A DNA stretch of 62,722 nt, filler included, from Sphacelaria rigidula (Eukaryota), in assembly GCA_964200075.2 (NCBI GenBank). It is 7 parts of 7 records of this genome, joined end to end, with 100 filler letters (N's around TTAATTAATTAA, not from the genome) between each part and the next. Parts side by side here need not be neighbours in the genome. Positions count along the whole stretch, not along the records: positions 17,951 to 26,825 come from CAXNAA020009869.1; positions 26,926 to 35,800 come from CAXNAA020009870.1; positions 35,901 to 44,774 come from CAXNAA020009871.1; 4 more parts are not named here. One strand, given 5' to 3'. This document shows, piece after piece, positions 23,961-37,599 of this stretch (positions are counted from its first letter, which is position 1; every line of letters starts with the position of its first letter). The notes under the pieces were generated by a model. The model had not been told where the DNA came from and ran no database searches. It was given only the letters and a program-made list of their open reading frames with translations. Both the position numbers and the translations under genes were made by a program.

Positions 23961-26825
23961 TGGGACATCCCAATCCTTGTACTTGTTGGGGGTCTGGTGC
24001 CTTTTAGTTCTTTGAATCCAACACGATCTCGTAGCTTGAAGCCAAGTTCAACACCTTGGACACAAGTACCCCACGTTTGCGCGAAGCGGTCTTCATGATA
24101 AATCATCCATGCGTCCCACGATCGTATCTTCTACCTTCTTGCCTTGCTGCTGTACCGGTTACTCTCCTCCAGGGAAGTCATTTTCACCGTGTATTGTTCA
24201 AGGACGGCTTGCATAACACAAGGTCTTACTCACATTGGGATGTCCCGTAAATCACTTCCCCTACTCCCTGTACGGTTCATCATGGATCGCTACTCCACCA
24301 ATGCTTCCGAGTAGACCTTCGTTGCCAAACGTTTGGCCAACGATTCCCCAGCGCTTTGTACCAGCTTCTATCCTTCAATATCTCAAGAAGTCTACGTACC
24401 GCTTGGTGCTTCTTCTCGTAGGCCATGCGGTCGGTCACTGGTAAGGTGTTTGTTTCATGGGTGTGTTGGAATAGATCGTGTTTTGTAGCACTGTCCTTGC
24501 GACAGGCTGACTACCGCTCAGCGAACAGTAGTGTATGGCAGAGGTTGCACTGTGGTTGTGACACCACTGCTTCTGCAGCTCAAAATAAGAATCAACAAGA
24601 CAGATGGCCGATTGGGCTCTTCATTCGGCCAAGACAAAACAGAACGCGCAGTCTCTTCTCAAAGCAGAGAACTGCAGGTGATGAAGGAGAGTGATTGCGT
24701 GTGCATGATCGAGTTGACCACGCTCAGCACACTCAAATCCTTGGAACAAAAAACAAACTCTGCACGTACGCGAGACTAAAGCACATCCTCAGTGTAGACT
24801 GGGTTCTCCTCAACCTACGTGAATACAGTACGATACTCACGGACAATGGCAGCACACTGTCGTATTCTACGAGCTTACGTGACTAAGCTTGAAAGATGTC
24901 TGACACCAAGGACCCACATGAAACGGTACTTGTACTCAGGTTCATTGTTGGGGTTGGGACCCTTTTTGAGCTGGAACCTTTTGTGCCGCTAATTTGCTAC
25001 AGAGTCAAAACCCACACAGAAACGAAGAGCTAGACTGCTGGCTGGGTATAAACTTTCAACAGGGTGCAGTAGGTCTTGACATTCATGTCATGCATTATAC
25101 ACCCCTTCCCTTCATTAGGCACCTTTCGCACCTAATGTCGGAAATTTCAGGAGAATGGCTGACCAGATTTCCACCGCCCAATGGAAACCGGGAAGGTTTT
25201 ACGGGTATCTCACCACGAGACCGCAACCTCCATGTGAATTTAACATGGATGGGGGGGATGGCCCTACCCTATCCGTACTTGTTATGTATTTTGTATTCTC
25301 AAGTGGCATGTAGGGTGGTCAACCTTCACGCTATCACTTACTTGTCTGGGTTTTGGTTTTATAATTGTCTCATCTTTTTCATGATGTGGGGGGAAGAACC
25401 TCGGTTATTTCCCGTCTTGATATGGGAAAGTATATCTGTCCTTTTTCGCTGTTTCACGTCCATGTCCAGGCTGTGCAGTGATAGGTGAAAGAATAAGGAG
25501 GGTTAGCTTATTTATTCCATGTCTATATCCAGGCTGTATCATAGTAGGTTAAAGAAAAAGAGCGTTTAGCTTCTCTATTCCATGTCAATGTCCGGGCTGT
25601 GTTAGGTTAAAAACAAATGGTGGTTAACCCTTTCGGAACCCATTGACGGTTTGTATTTTGAGAATCGGCATCATTTTCAGGCATTTTCAAGTCAAAACGA
25701 TGCCGATTCTCGAAAACAAGACCCGTCAGCAGGTCCAAAAAGGGTTGAAGAACAAGGATGGTAAGCTTCTCTATTCCATGTCTATGTCCGGTCTGTGTTA
25801 TGGTAATGGAAAAAGGGCGGGAAAAAGAAAAAGGGAGAAGAGAAAGACGAATTGGAAGAGACAAAAGGCAGAATAAGGAAAAGGAAGGAGTTAAAAGAGG
25901 CCAGCGTTGTTGTATCATGTCTATACGAGGGGGCAGCGCGGAGGAAATTTCCGGACATGTGGGCTACACACACCCCTCCCGGAGGGCATTTTTTCCACAA
26001 TTGTCCTGATTTTTTTTTGTCAATGTTATCGCAAGAAATTGATCAATGGACACTGTTTTGATTTTTTTCTGTTTATTTTGTACAAGAAATTGATCAATAA
26101 ACACTGACAAAAACGAAAAGTCTGGTGAGCTTTGCGGGTTTTGTATGTTCACTTATGTTCCGTGATATATATTCATATAAATATATAATATATAAAATAT
26201 AATGAGCATATCTACTATATATATTATATAATATAGCATATATCAAGAAGCAGAAGCATACATGTAATATATAACATATAAAAATATCATATATCATATA
26301 TAACAGCCTGTATTCGTTTTCGAGGTTCAGCATTTAATTGAGGTTCAACGGACCATCGAAGTTGCATCTACTCTGTTCAAAAGGCTCGGGATTCGCAAGC
26401 GGTTTCGACCATGTGCCCCTAACCCAGAAGTGTCTGCACGGCAGCGAAAGCATGATGGTGAGCAGTCCAACCGACAAGCCGCCCTCATGACGAATGCCGA
26501 GATAGCCCCCCCACAAAAGTGCGCCGGCACCATCCAACGAACCGGCTGCGACCCCACTATTGGGCTCGTTTGCAGCAACTTCGCTCACATGAGAGGTGTG
26601 TAGCAGTCCGAAATCAGCTATAACGCCCAAATCAGTCGCGTCGTGCAGCATGAAACCAGCTTTAACGGCAGTTATGATCATGATCATCGCCTCCGTGCAC
26701 GTTTTTGGCCGGTTTTGGAGGGGGGCTATCTCGGCAGCAGTCTCATTCATTGTGCGGCATCTTTTGAGCAACCCCTGCGTCTAAGTGCTACGGAACAGGT
26801 AAACAAGCATGCTGAAAAAATACTT

Positions 26826-26925
26826 NNNNNNNNNNNNNNNNNNNNNNNNNNNNNNNNNNNNNNNNNNNNTTAATTAATTAANNNNNNNNNNNNNNNNNNN
26901 NNNNNNNNNNNNNNNNNNNNNNNNN
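26826..26925. other. Artificial contig linker
   Basis: 44N-TTAATTAATTAA-44N. Confidence 0.98.
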
Positions 26926-29900
26926 CAACCCCTTTGGGACCGGACCTTCATAACGATCAATAAGGCTGGTTACGAATGACGTGTCTGGCGTCTGCACGAA
27001 ACAGTGGCGTGTTGCTGAAAATCCGCGTATGCAACCGCAGGGTTTAGAGGAAGACCAAAGTTTTCATCCAATCCACTTTCAGGTGCAGGGTGCGCGTTAG
27101 ATAATGTGCATCCGATGTAGCAAGCAGTATGGGTCGCGGGAGAGAGCTGTTCAACAGGATGCGGCGACCGGCGGGCCGCGCGCCACTTGTCGCCTCGGAT
27201 GATGCTGTTGTCGCCATCACCTTGCCACACAGCCCTTTGTGGTCGGGGTGGGCCACCATTTCCTTATTTGTTGCATGCGGCAAACTCTCTTCGAAGGATA
27301 CGGGCGTTGCGGCGCACATACATACAGAACAGTGCAGTACGCCTGTCCGAATGCAGCAGCAGCTGCCGCTGCACATACTCCCTTGCACGCTCTGGGCAGT
27401 TCTCAGCGACGGATATTAGCTGTCTATACACAGCTTGTTCATCCCCGTCCATTACATACTTGTTCACTGCACACTGCAAGTCATCGCAAGAGGAATAAGC
27501 AGAATTCATGACGGTAGCTCCTTTCGTGTTTCCATGGCCCACCTAGGTTCAGTGCCTCGTGAAATGACCACATTGTGGTGGCATGTACACTCCTTCCCGG
27601 TTTTTCCCACTCCACCCTGTGTTAGTGTAATTACTGCATTTCAGTATGGGCTGGCGACCCCAAAAACTTCTGTGGAGCCCCGGAAACGTCACGGGCTGGG
27701 CCAGCCAATAATTTTCTCGCTCAAGCGACGCATGGCGTGAAATTAGGAGTTGGACGCTGAAATTTTGACTGTAGCTTACTATGATCGACATGCAGAACAT
27801 TCCGAGAGCAGCAAATGAAAAAAAAGGGAGTAATGGCGATTTGAAATTTCAGCAAAAACGAGATAATGCCACAAGTCCGGGGAAAAAATGAGAATCTGCA
27901 GCTGCCCCCGGAATGTATCATTCCCTCGGGTGCAGAAGGTCTTCGTGCAATTTCAGCTCAAGAGTCGTTGAATTGGCCCGTGCATGCAACGTTTTGCGTG
28001 ACGCTGCTGCACCTCACATATGCCCAGTGCGGGGTGATTGCTGACCTGAACCCACCGCAAAAAAAAAAAGGCACTCCGACACGCTATCGCCCAACGATAT
28101 CAGACGCATCCTGTACTCTATGCAGTACAATAACGTCATCGGCAACACGATACAACTCTAAAAGCGACGCAGTCCTTCGTCATCAGGTGGGTAGGCTGGC
28201 GACCCCAAAAAACTCCTGGGAAATCTCGGGAACGCTATACTGGATGCAAGTAATACAATAAGCCATGCTCCGAGCATCCTGGCTTTAGAAACTTAGGAAG
28301 ACTTGAAACATTAATAGGGCGAGCATTCGAGTCAGTGCTCGTTGTGGAAACATTAATAGGGCGAGCACTCGAGTCATTGCTTGTTGTAAAAAAAGCGATG
28401 ACTCGAGCACACGAGTCATGCTCGTTGTGTTTTCCAAAAACATCCATGAGTCCACTCGTTTCGATGGGTAATGACTCGTCCGACGTGTGGAACACTTCCA
28501 AAATTCATGTGTGACAACGAAACATTTTTCGGAACAGCTTCGCCTCTCATGTGATTCAGGTACAGGTAAAGACTGCGACTCGTGTGTACCACGAGTACTC
28601 GTACCTGTACATTCATGTGTGCCGAGAGGAAAGTTTGGACTGTCGACTCGTAGTATCATAGCGATTGTCAACATCCCGTTGACCTTATCGCGCGGTCAAA
28701 GGCGCAGTTCAATACGTCAAAGCGGTGCTCGACGCGCCCCGCTGCACTACCAAGCTTCTGCGCTGTCATGTCTTGACTGGAACGTTTGTTGTGCTACTTA
28801 CTCCTGTTAAGAAGCAGTCGTGGTACAAACAGCCAGTACACTCCGGTTAGTTGAACTGTCGTTCAGGCCGTTGTTGGACGATACCATTGCACCTGGTGTA
28901 TGCCGCTCTATTCCAAACAGAGGGATCCATTGCACGGCTGTCCATCAATTGCCCTGATGATTCAGACCCCGAAACATCACACAAACCTGGGGGAAGTCCT
29001 TGGCTGTGCTCTCGGCCCCTGCCATCGCTTGCCCTTGATGGCACCAGCAGACAAAGCGTTTGGCGGCGCTACAAAGCAGTTGATGCGGCTGCTGCTGTGA
29101 GCCCACCCTGGGCGCAAGCACAGAACGCCAACCAACATGACACGTCTGGTACGGCGATGGTCATCCCATCTGATTAACCTCCGCATATTTTCCGTGTAAG
29201 AAGGTCTTTGTATCTCACTGCGTGTTTGCGCCCTTGCACTGAAGGAGAAACGTACCTCTGTTTTGAAACAGCTTGTCCGTTCACACTCTAGGGCAAGCTC
29301 CGTACTGGAAAATAACCCGAGGCTTCTACTGGGTAGATTCGCTGGATATCAGTATGACGTCATCACTATGCTACGACCCACAACGTTTCGCTGGATATCG
29401 CCACGACATTTTCTGGATATCACCCTCCCCCTTTCCACTTCCCCTCGGTCCAGTGCCGCCCCGAAACCGCCAAGTGATAAGTTTTCGGGCGTTGATGTAT
29501 TAATTTCAAATTACGGGCGCTCGAAGGATTGATGGCATGCAACAGCGATGTAATAGCGTACTGTACACCGCGGAAACAAGACAACATCAAGCTCTTATAA
29601 ATACCACTTCAGCCACGAACATTCTGACAGCAAGCGAAGAGAAAGCCCATGCGTCGCCTTTTATAATTGACTGTCTGTATGAGAATTTCTATCTGCTTCT
29701 GTAAACTTGAGCATGTCATCTCTCTGTTGATGCGTCAGCGTCAAGCTGTCAAGTGGAAGCTGGAAGCTCTCGACAACGACCGCCGGTCCGAGACGTTGGA
29801 CCCAAAGCCGTACGGGTCTCCCCCCGAGCGGGTACGGTTTCCGACCAGAACGCGTCTTTGCTCCGGATGGCGACAGGGGCCGCATAGGAACCAGCTGTAC

Positions 29901-30280
29901 ATCTACTGTTATTTCCACCCAAGTGAGTCAGCCCCCCATAGCTCTGCTTCCGCACGACTGTCTATCGCAGTGGATGGTACATCCATCGCAGCATGCATGC
30001 ATGCGTACAAAGACATTTGTATGTTCCTTTTTTCGTTGCGTGATGTCTTTGAGGGGCACGGGACGGGGGAGCGCGGATGTTATCGACGCACTACCTTAGC
30101 TTCTGTAGCTTACCCAGGAAAAGAGGCGTGTCACTGGAGTTTCTAAGCAGAAAAACGTCGATCAGCAAACTTCCCATCGCCAGCTGTATCGGAGCTGTCG
30201 ATTAGTCGCACCCGCATAAAGGTCCGAACGCACTCATGTTCTTTGTACGTTCTCGTCGATCAGGATACATTCATTCATTA

Positions 30281-30963
30281 CAGTAGGGGTCCCGGTTTAG
30301 CGGTTCAAGGTTCGGCTGGCACCGTTCAACCTCGGTTTCGCGGTTGTGCTGCCGCTAAACCCGACAGTTGCAGGTTTAACGGCTATTTAGGCGGTCATCC
30401 AGAATAGTGGTTGTGTGCCCCACAGTACAGCGGCAGTGCAGCAGCAGTCGCGGAGCCCCTGCTGCTGTTAACACGCGGCACACACACAGCTAACTACACA
30501 CAGAACTACGAGCGGCAGCTACCCGTTAAAATCATGCAGTGCGCGGCATTAGAGTTTGCGAATTTCAACACATGACACCAACTGCGCCCAACATGCATCC
30601 GTGTCGCGGTGGGTGTGGAGGCCGCCTCCACGGCCGTTGCGGCAAGGTGGGGGATCGTGAGGAAAATCAGATAAATCGCATCTGCCGGTCTTGCTCCGGA
30701 GGGTCAGGGTCAGGGTTAGGGTTAGGGTTCACCCTAAGCTGGACTTCGAGGACGTTGGAAGTGGGGGAGAAAAGTTGTCGATGGCGCCACCGCCGTACTC
30801 GGATATCTCGTCGCTTCTTGGGCAGCCGGAGCAGTACACAGAGTCGCGTGGTATCGGAGAGGCAGGGTTCCATCATCGCAAGGCAAATATGTCATTTCTC
30901 GCAGCGTACGCCGCTAGACCAGCGAGGCAGACATACATCATGGCCATGTTTTCCAAGTCGTAG
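30281..30963 (+). mobile_element. Internally deleted pogo/Tigger-like DNA transposon
   Basis: Starts TA|CAGTAGGGGTCCCGG (Tc1/pogo-type end). The Cys-rich N-terminus HPCRGGCGGRLHGRCG...ICRSC is joined almost directly to PPPYSDISSLLGQPEQYTESRGIGEAGFHHRKANMSFLAAYAARPARQ; from recall both match the ends of brown-algal pogo-like transposases. DDE core absent; right TIR not found. Confidence 0.6.
30700..30737 (+). repeat. Interstitial telomere-like repeat (AGGGTC)2(AGGGTT)3 plus inverted ACCCTAA
   Basis: agggtcagggtcagggttagggttagggttcaccctaa. Confidence 0.85.
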
Positions 30964-31505
30964 TCGATACCCCTCTTCACCCCATACACAAGATTTGATT
31001 GAAAATCTTGTTTTGTTTTGCTCGAGTGTAACTCCATGCGTCAAGTCGCACGCTGCGCTCTTGTGTGCCCCGTGTGCAGCAGTACACACGCTGTACTAGA
31101 CACGTGTTGGCAAGAAGACATGCCGTAGCGTACAGTCAAAAGGGGTCTCCGGCAGTTGTGGTGTACACGTGTCAGGATGGTGAAATAATGTGAGCAGGGG
31201 GGGGGCTACAGGTCTCTTCTTTTTTTTTTTGCTTCGAAGTACGGTGTACGTTTTGGTATTGGTGTGCATTATTTCGTCCGGGTCTTGCCCTCGGCCCTCT
31301 TCTTTGTCGATATTCTTTTACGCCCATCCTACCGCTTGTCTGTCAGGGCGTTCGATTGGTTGATTGATTGTCGCACGTTAACTGACCCCCCCCCGGGGTC
31401 CAACCGCGGTCGCGTGATCGAAGTACCCATGAAAAGTAAAACTGAAACACTCGCTGAAGGAAAGCAGAAACAGAAAAAGTCGAACACAACAACATAGTAG
31501 ACTGA

Positions 31506-31674
31506 GGCCAACTCTTATGGAACCGTTTAGAATCTTATTTTGCAATAATTTTAAACGACTTTTTTTGTTTGTTTGCCGTAGCTGTGCATTTTGTGCCCGT
31601 TCACCATGATGAGAAAAAAAATCCTCCGAAATTGTTGCAAGTTAAAATATCGAACGCTCCCATGAGAGTTGGCC
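31506..31674. mobile_element. Tourist/PIF-Harbinger-like MITE
   Basis: TIRs GGCCAACTCTTATGG...CCATGAGAGTTGGCC with extended palindromy; flanks TGA/TAA resemble a 3-bp TWA target duplication. Confidence 0.7.
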
Positions 31675-33250
31675 TAAGACGTGAAAAAAAGAAGAATGAG
31701 GACGTCAACAGAAGCAAATCACAAAGAAATGGCCGACCCTAAAACAACAAAAGAAGAGAAGCGAGAAAAACAGAAGAGGATAATAATAAAAAAAATAACC
31801 CACCGGATTCATGTCTTAACGGAACTCAAAACCTCCAATATCCAGACATCGTTCGGTCGCCAGGATTTTTTTTATCTGCGACTTGTTGTTTTGTTGTTGT
31901 CACCACGCTAAAAACTGTGCCGATTTACGCATTACTTCAATTTCAGAGGTAGGCATCTGATGCGGATGCCTTCCGTGGTCACAGGCTAACTACCCAAAAT
32001 AAGGTATTTATTATTTTTTCCGGAATTAATATGTAAACAAGATCCAGAGGAATTTACACAGGCGCGATACAAATAACATAACGTAGTGGTTTTCATCTGA
32101 AATGGGAGATTTGTTTAATTTTTTCGTAGTCGACAATTTTCAATGGTTTTTTCGCGTGCCACAGCTCACCCCAGCGAACGTTTGATCCCAACATTTGGGA
32201 GTCGGGATATACTAGGCATTCGTCCCACACTCCGAAACAAAAGTCGTCTCTGCGCTCAATCTTGAACGACTTACGAGCTGAATTGACAGGGGGTGTTATC
32301 ATCTGTTTTTGGTCAAAAACACATTGGTTTTCGGCTCGAGGACAATGAAGAGTATGAAAAAAGGAAAAAAAATGTCCGCATAACCATTCATGGGAGTGAT
32401 CGGAATTGATCCACTCTCGTCTGTGCTTTGCAGAGCTCGGTTGGGCAAATATTCGTTTTTGACCACTTTTATTCATTTTCTTGTGTACTATCTGTCCTTG
32501 GCGCCTAAAAATCCTAGTGTCGACAGATACGGGAAGAGAAGCAGATCGCTCAGAACACGATACTCAGTTGAAATGACACGGAGTAAGCACCTTGTTCATC
32601 AGAGGGTGTTATCCACCGTCACTGATCCAGAAAATTCAGTTTTTCGGCTCTAGCGTAATAAATAGGTGAAAATTAAAAAACAAAAATCCTCTTCATTTGT
32701 TCACGAAAACGATTGGGATTGCTTCAATTGAGCAAAAATACTGAAGGGTCAGAACCTGGGGCTGGGTAGTATCAGGACCTCCGAAAACCACTCAGCCCGT
32801 AAGTCGTTCAATAATGAGCGTAGATGTGATCTTACTTCAGAATGTGGAGGGGATGCCTAGTATGATCCCCAAACTTCGGAATCGAACACTGACTGGGATG
32901 AGCGTTGGCATACGAAAACACTTGTCGAATATCCCCGATGACGAAAATAGTAAAGAAATACTGCTAACCTCATGAGTTCCGGTACCGCAGTCGACCATTC
33001 GGACTACTGGGGGGCAGGGCCCAACGTTCCTACTCAACACGCGAAGCCAAACAAAAATGGAGCCAAACTCAAGAACCAAAGATCACAAACCATAACAATC
33101 AGATCGCCTGTTTTTACCCGTGTACCTTTAGAGGGACAGCCCTTTGTACGAATGTACAAGGCATATCAACAAAAGCACTGCGGAACAACACACCACATCG
33201 AGGAAGGTGCACAACCCAAAGGCAGGAATCAGTAAGACAAACAAAGACAC

Positions 33251-34570
33251 GGGGGGATGGTGGGTACTCCTGCCACCTCCGCCATGTTCAGTACACACCT
33301 GATTGCACTTTATTTCCCTGTTTATCCTCCCCCTCCTTTGGGCTATCGCAACTGTTATGTTGGCTCTGTCGATGTCCTGTTTAATCGCACGTTCGGTTGG
33401 CCCCGAAAGCTTGGAGATCGTCCCTTAGGCACTTCAGCTAGTTGTGGTCCGGTCATCCTGGTCCGGCGTCCTCTCCCCCCACGAGTGTTCCGAATCTCTC
33501 TCCGGTGGTCGTCTATCCGGCTGTCGAAGCCAGGGCTCCATCGAATAGCAGTCGCCGTTGCCGGACGATGACTCCAGCACTTTGGCATATGTTCTTCTGG
33601 AGGGTCTGGGCGTACGAAAACTGTCGGTATGGGCCAGCGGTGGTACCCGATTACTCGCAGGAAGAGCCAGCGGTGTATCGTTGTCGGCAACTTTAGTGCG
33701 TGCGGCGCGGGACCCGTCATACATCGGTACAGTAGGGCCTACATGGCCTCCGCCTTCAGCAGTCGGACCTTGAGTCTCCAGGGAGAACTTCCTGATGCAC
33801 GCCCACGCTGCTCTACCGCGGTTGTTGTTCTCTCGTGAGTTCACCATCGGAACTCAGTGGTCTGCGTATCCTTCTGGCCCGCTGCTTGAATGACCAGTAA
33901 CGGGGGAGGTTGTGTTGGTGACTCCCCCATCTTTTGTAGTATTTCAGGTACTCGCATCAGTATTATAGAGTCTTCGTCTTCTTCTCCGACACCGCCGGTC
34001 CAAAGACCCCAAACACGTCCACTATAACGGTTATAACGGTTATCATCCTCGCGAGGCCGTGGGGGAATCTGGAGATGACGGCAGGATCGTTAGCATGTAG
34101 CATTCCCCACACCGCTCTCCGTACGCGATCCAGAGGTGTCTCCGCCCCGTTCCCCCTTTCCTCGTCGAGGTATGTGATTTCCTTGAGGGTGATGTCATCT
34201 CGCTGAATCGCACGAGAAGTAGCTCGAGCGCCGCAGCGAAGAAAGTATTGAACCGCGGAGGAGACAGCACACATCCTTGCCGTGGCTCCTGTGTGAACTC
34301 GAATCGCTCCAAGAGCTCCCTGTCGTCCATGCGCACGCGGGCATGCATGCCGTCATGGAATGGGCCGATGACTGCTATAATCTCATCCGAAATACCAGCT
34401 CGGGCCAGCACCTGCCACAGAAGCTCTCGATCGACCGAGTCATGAATCTTCTGGAGGTCGACGAAGCATATGTACAACGGTATTCCCCGCCGTCGTGCCA
34501 GTTCCTGGAGTCGGCGCACTACAAGCAGCATGTCGACGGCGGATCGACCAGGTCGGCAGCCACAGTCCAC
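33251..34570 (-). mobile_element. 5'-truncated, decayed RTE-like LINE (RT domain to 3' end)
   Basis: CGCRPGRSAVDMLLVVRRLQE...LYICFVDLQKIHDSVDRELLW...RQGCVLSP...WGMLHAND (degenerate YADD). Ends ...GGAGTACCCACCATCCCCCC. Confidence 0.88.
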
Positions 34571-35800
34571 GGTTATCTGTGGATGTGCGTGTATTGTATC
34601 GTGGGTGTCAGTATCTACCCTATACTACGCCATATTGCCACACTAGGCTAGTTATTTGATCCTGAGTACCTGTGGTGTTTGACCAGAACACGCCCCCAAT
34701 CCATTGGTTATATGGCGACGTGGAGCCAAACTCATGTCTCAATATTGTTTATTCGATCTTGGGTCAAAACCTTGTCGGTATTTTTCTCCTCGAATATGTA
34801 GTATTAACAATTGTCATTGACCTGCATATATTCGCGTTACCTGCGTGTCAGCCCCCCTCACTGTTGTTATACACACTCGAATGCTGCGTAACATATTTGT
34901 GACTGTATTTTGATCGGCATCATCCGAGTTGAGTTGGTTACGGTGTTTAGTAATTGAGTAATCTTCAGGTTTGTGTGGGTGCTTGCGTATCGCGACAAGG
35001 CATAGCCATTTCAAGAGGAAGCCTGGCGCTGGATATACGCCAAAGTTATCAATGAGGCCATTCTGTATGCCCGACCTCCCCTATTTCTATTCCCAGCTTG
35101 CAACATATACAGTAACACAGGGCCCACGACAACCTGAGCCGCGCATATCAAACTCGACATATATCAACCCAATATTCGACGTGAAGCAAACAACTCGTCG
35201 TGCACTCATCCTTCTGACTCGAACAAACTTGAGGAACTTACCGCGCAACCAGACCCTCGACTGGCATTGCTTCACTGTGCGCTGCTCTCTTTTGCGTCTT
35301 TGACCTCTCAGGGATCCGATAGACACAGACTGCAATTGTGTCACCCGGCTGGGTTTTGGGTGACGGTCGAGACAGCTGTACTTGTACGTGATTCGGATCT
35401 CCCCGTGCTGGATGAACTTGTGACAGTCGTCATGACACACTTGGCGTTCCGTGAAGAAATGAAATTACATTATCTGTTTTTGAAAGGTGCACAGTACAAG
35501 CGGTTCCAAAACTGCACACTTTGGTGCGGAACAGGGTTAGAAAAAATCCACGCGGGCCTGCGCTGGCGCAGATTAGTTTTGAAAAGTGGGCAATGCGCAG
35601 CTGTCGGGAGTGTCTCTCTGCGGCTCGCCGCAGGAAAAATTTTTGGGCCGCACTTTTTTCGCCGGAGACTGAAAACATTTCTGCGGCCCTCTTCTCTCCG
35701 CCGGAGGGGAAAAAAAACAATGAGGGTGCTTTTTTTTCGCCGCGAGGCTCATACCGTCGAAATGGCCCCATTTCGACAAAATCTTGGCGTCTTTTTAAAG

Positions 35801-35900
35801 NNNNNNNNNNNNNNNNNNNNNNNNNNNNNNNNNNNNNNNNNNNNTTAATTAATTAANNNNNNNNNNNNNNNNNNNNNNNNNNNNNNNNNNNNNNNNNNNN
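35801..35900. other. Artificial contig linker
   Basis: 44N-TTAATTAATTAA-44N. Confidence 0.98.
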
Positions 35901-36751
35901 TTACAGCGCCGTTGCCACTCGACGCCAACCCAAGAGTCTAGAGGTGAGGGGGGGCGTGGGGGGGGGGTGGGGGAGTGCATGGATCAGGTACCTTCGACAC
36001 AGGGAGGTACACTTTTTTGGTTAGGTTGATTGATGGAGAACATGATGATATTGATGCAAAAGTAAATAGCTCAAAACTGTGGATTCTGCAAGGTTGTATC
36101 CTGTAGGGTATACCTGCTGCTGCAATTGTGGTTTTTACACAAGAATAAAACAGGTACTTTATCGGTGATGACCCTTGCGAACCATAGTGGAGTGTTCGGA
36201 CCAGGGCTCGATATCCTGACGAGCCATACTGCAATGTTCGCTACACATGTCGGTATGGTCTAGAACAACAACCAAAAATCTACCGCTTCCGGGTATACCA
36301 CCTACACAACACAGCCTTGTTCATTTCGAACAACGGTTTGGGTGAAAGTTGAGAGATATACGCTTAGGGACAGATCTTTGGTCCTTGGATCATGACTTGG
36401 GGTAACAATAACGCGAAATGGTACTTGAAAGAGGAGGCTGGGGGAAGCATAGTACTGCATGGTCTTCGCCTTTTGCAGCCCCTTTGTCTCCTGCCTCGGT
36501 GTCTTCTATTACGTAGGCAAGTAAACCACGAGAGGCACACAGCTACAGAGAGCCGCCGACTCCACACGGAGAAGAAAGCCACAACACACTATTACAGCAA
36601 GCTCCGGAAAAAACAAGACACGATAAACAAAAAAAAAGGAAACAGGAGAGAAAGAAAGGAACAAAAGGAAGGGCACAAACGAACGAAATGTTTTAAAAAT
36701 AAAAAGAGGAAATGACAAAAATGCATGCAGTGAATCGAAGGCAAGCAATGA

Positions 36752-36783
<32 letters not shown>

Positions 36784-37599
36784 GACGAGAGGGCGCGAAA
36801 TTCATGGTCCCGCATTGTGCGACGCGTTTTCTTCCGGTGACTGCGCCTGTTGCTACGTTAAACCACATGAATACCGACTAGCATAACGTCTCCAATCGCT
36901 CTCCCACGAAAACGCTTGAGCATTATTATGCCCACCATAAGTCCCTCATACACGCTGGTTCGTGTTCATTACCCAAAATTGTGTCATCAGCACATGCCTT
37001 TCGCAATACGAGCCATGCTACGGTAGGGGCGGCGACAACATTCCTGGTGAAGGACAGTGGATTGAGAATTGAGCACTAGGCGGTACGGACAATAGCAGGA
37101 TTGACTGATGTCAAGATAGCTCTTCCCAAAACAGCCCGCTCCTTGGCTGAGTTGGTTGGGGGTTATGGCACGGCATCACTCTCACTCGTTGCCGACCAAA
37201 CTACCAGGTACACACGCTGGCAGTGCTCTAAGGACGACTTTACCTTTGAACGCAGTGGTTCGAGCCTCGTGTCGGTGTAAGTACAACCGACTCCGGAGAT
37301 ATTTCCTCACTCACTTCAAGTGCGATAGTCAAGCCTCCAAGCAATCTGGCTCTCCCTGGGGGGAAGGGGGTACGGAGTCTTGCCAAGCTCACGTGGGCCT
37401 TTTCAGGGCTCGTGCTGCTGATACTCTATGCCCAAGTCTCATTGACTCCGTGTGGAATAGTCAAAACGCGCACGTTACACATCTATTGCACTGTCAAACC
37501 CCTTTCACGAACCAAATTAACCCTCCCCGTGCCTGAGGCCACGTATCTGACGCCATCACGGACATTCGGTACAATATATCGTTCGCCCCATATGACGCA

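Noticed and set aside
29700-29931. GC-rich stretch ending in a strong GTGAGT donor, possible exon
   Set aside because: Two frames are open, no motif is recognisable and no partner exon was found on the contig.
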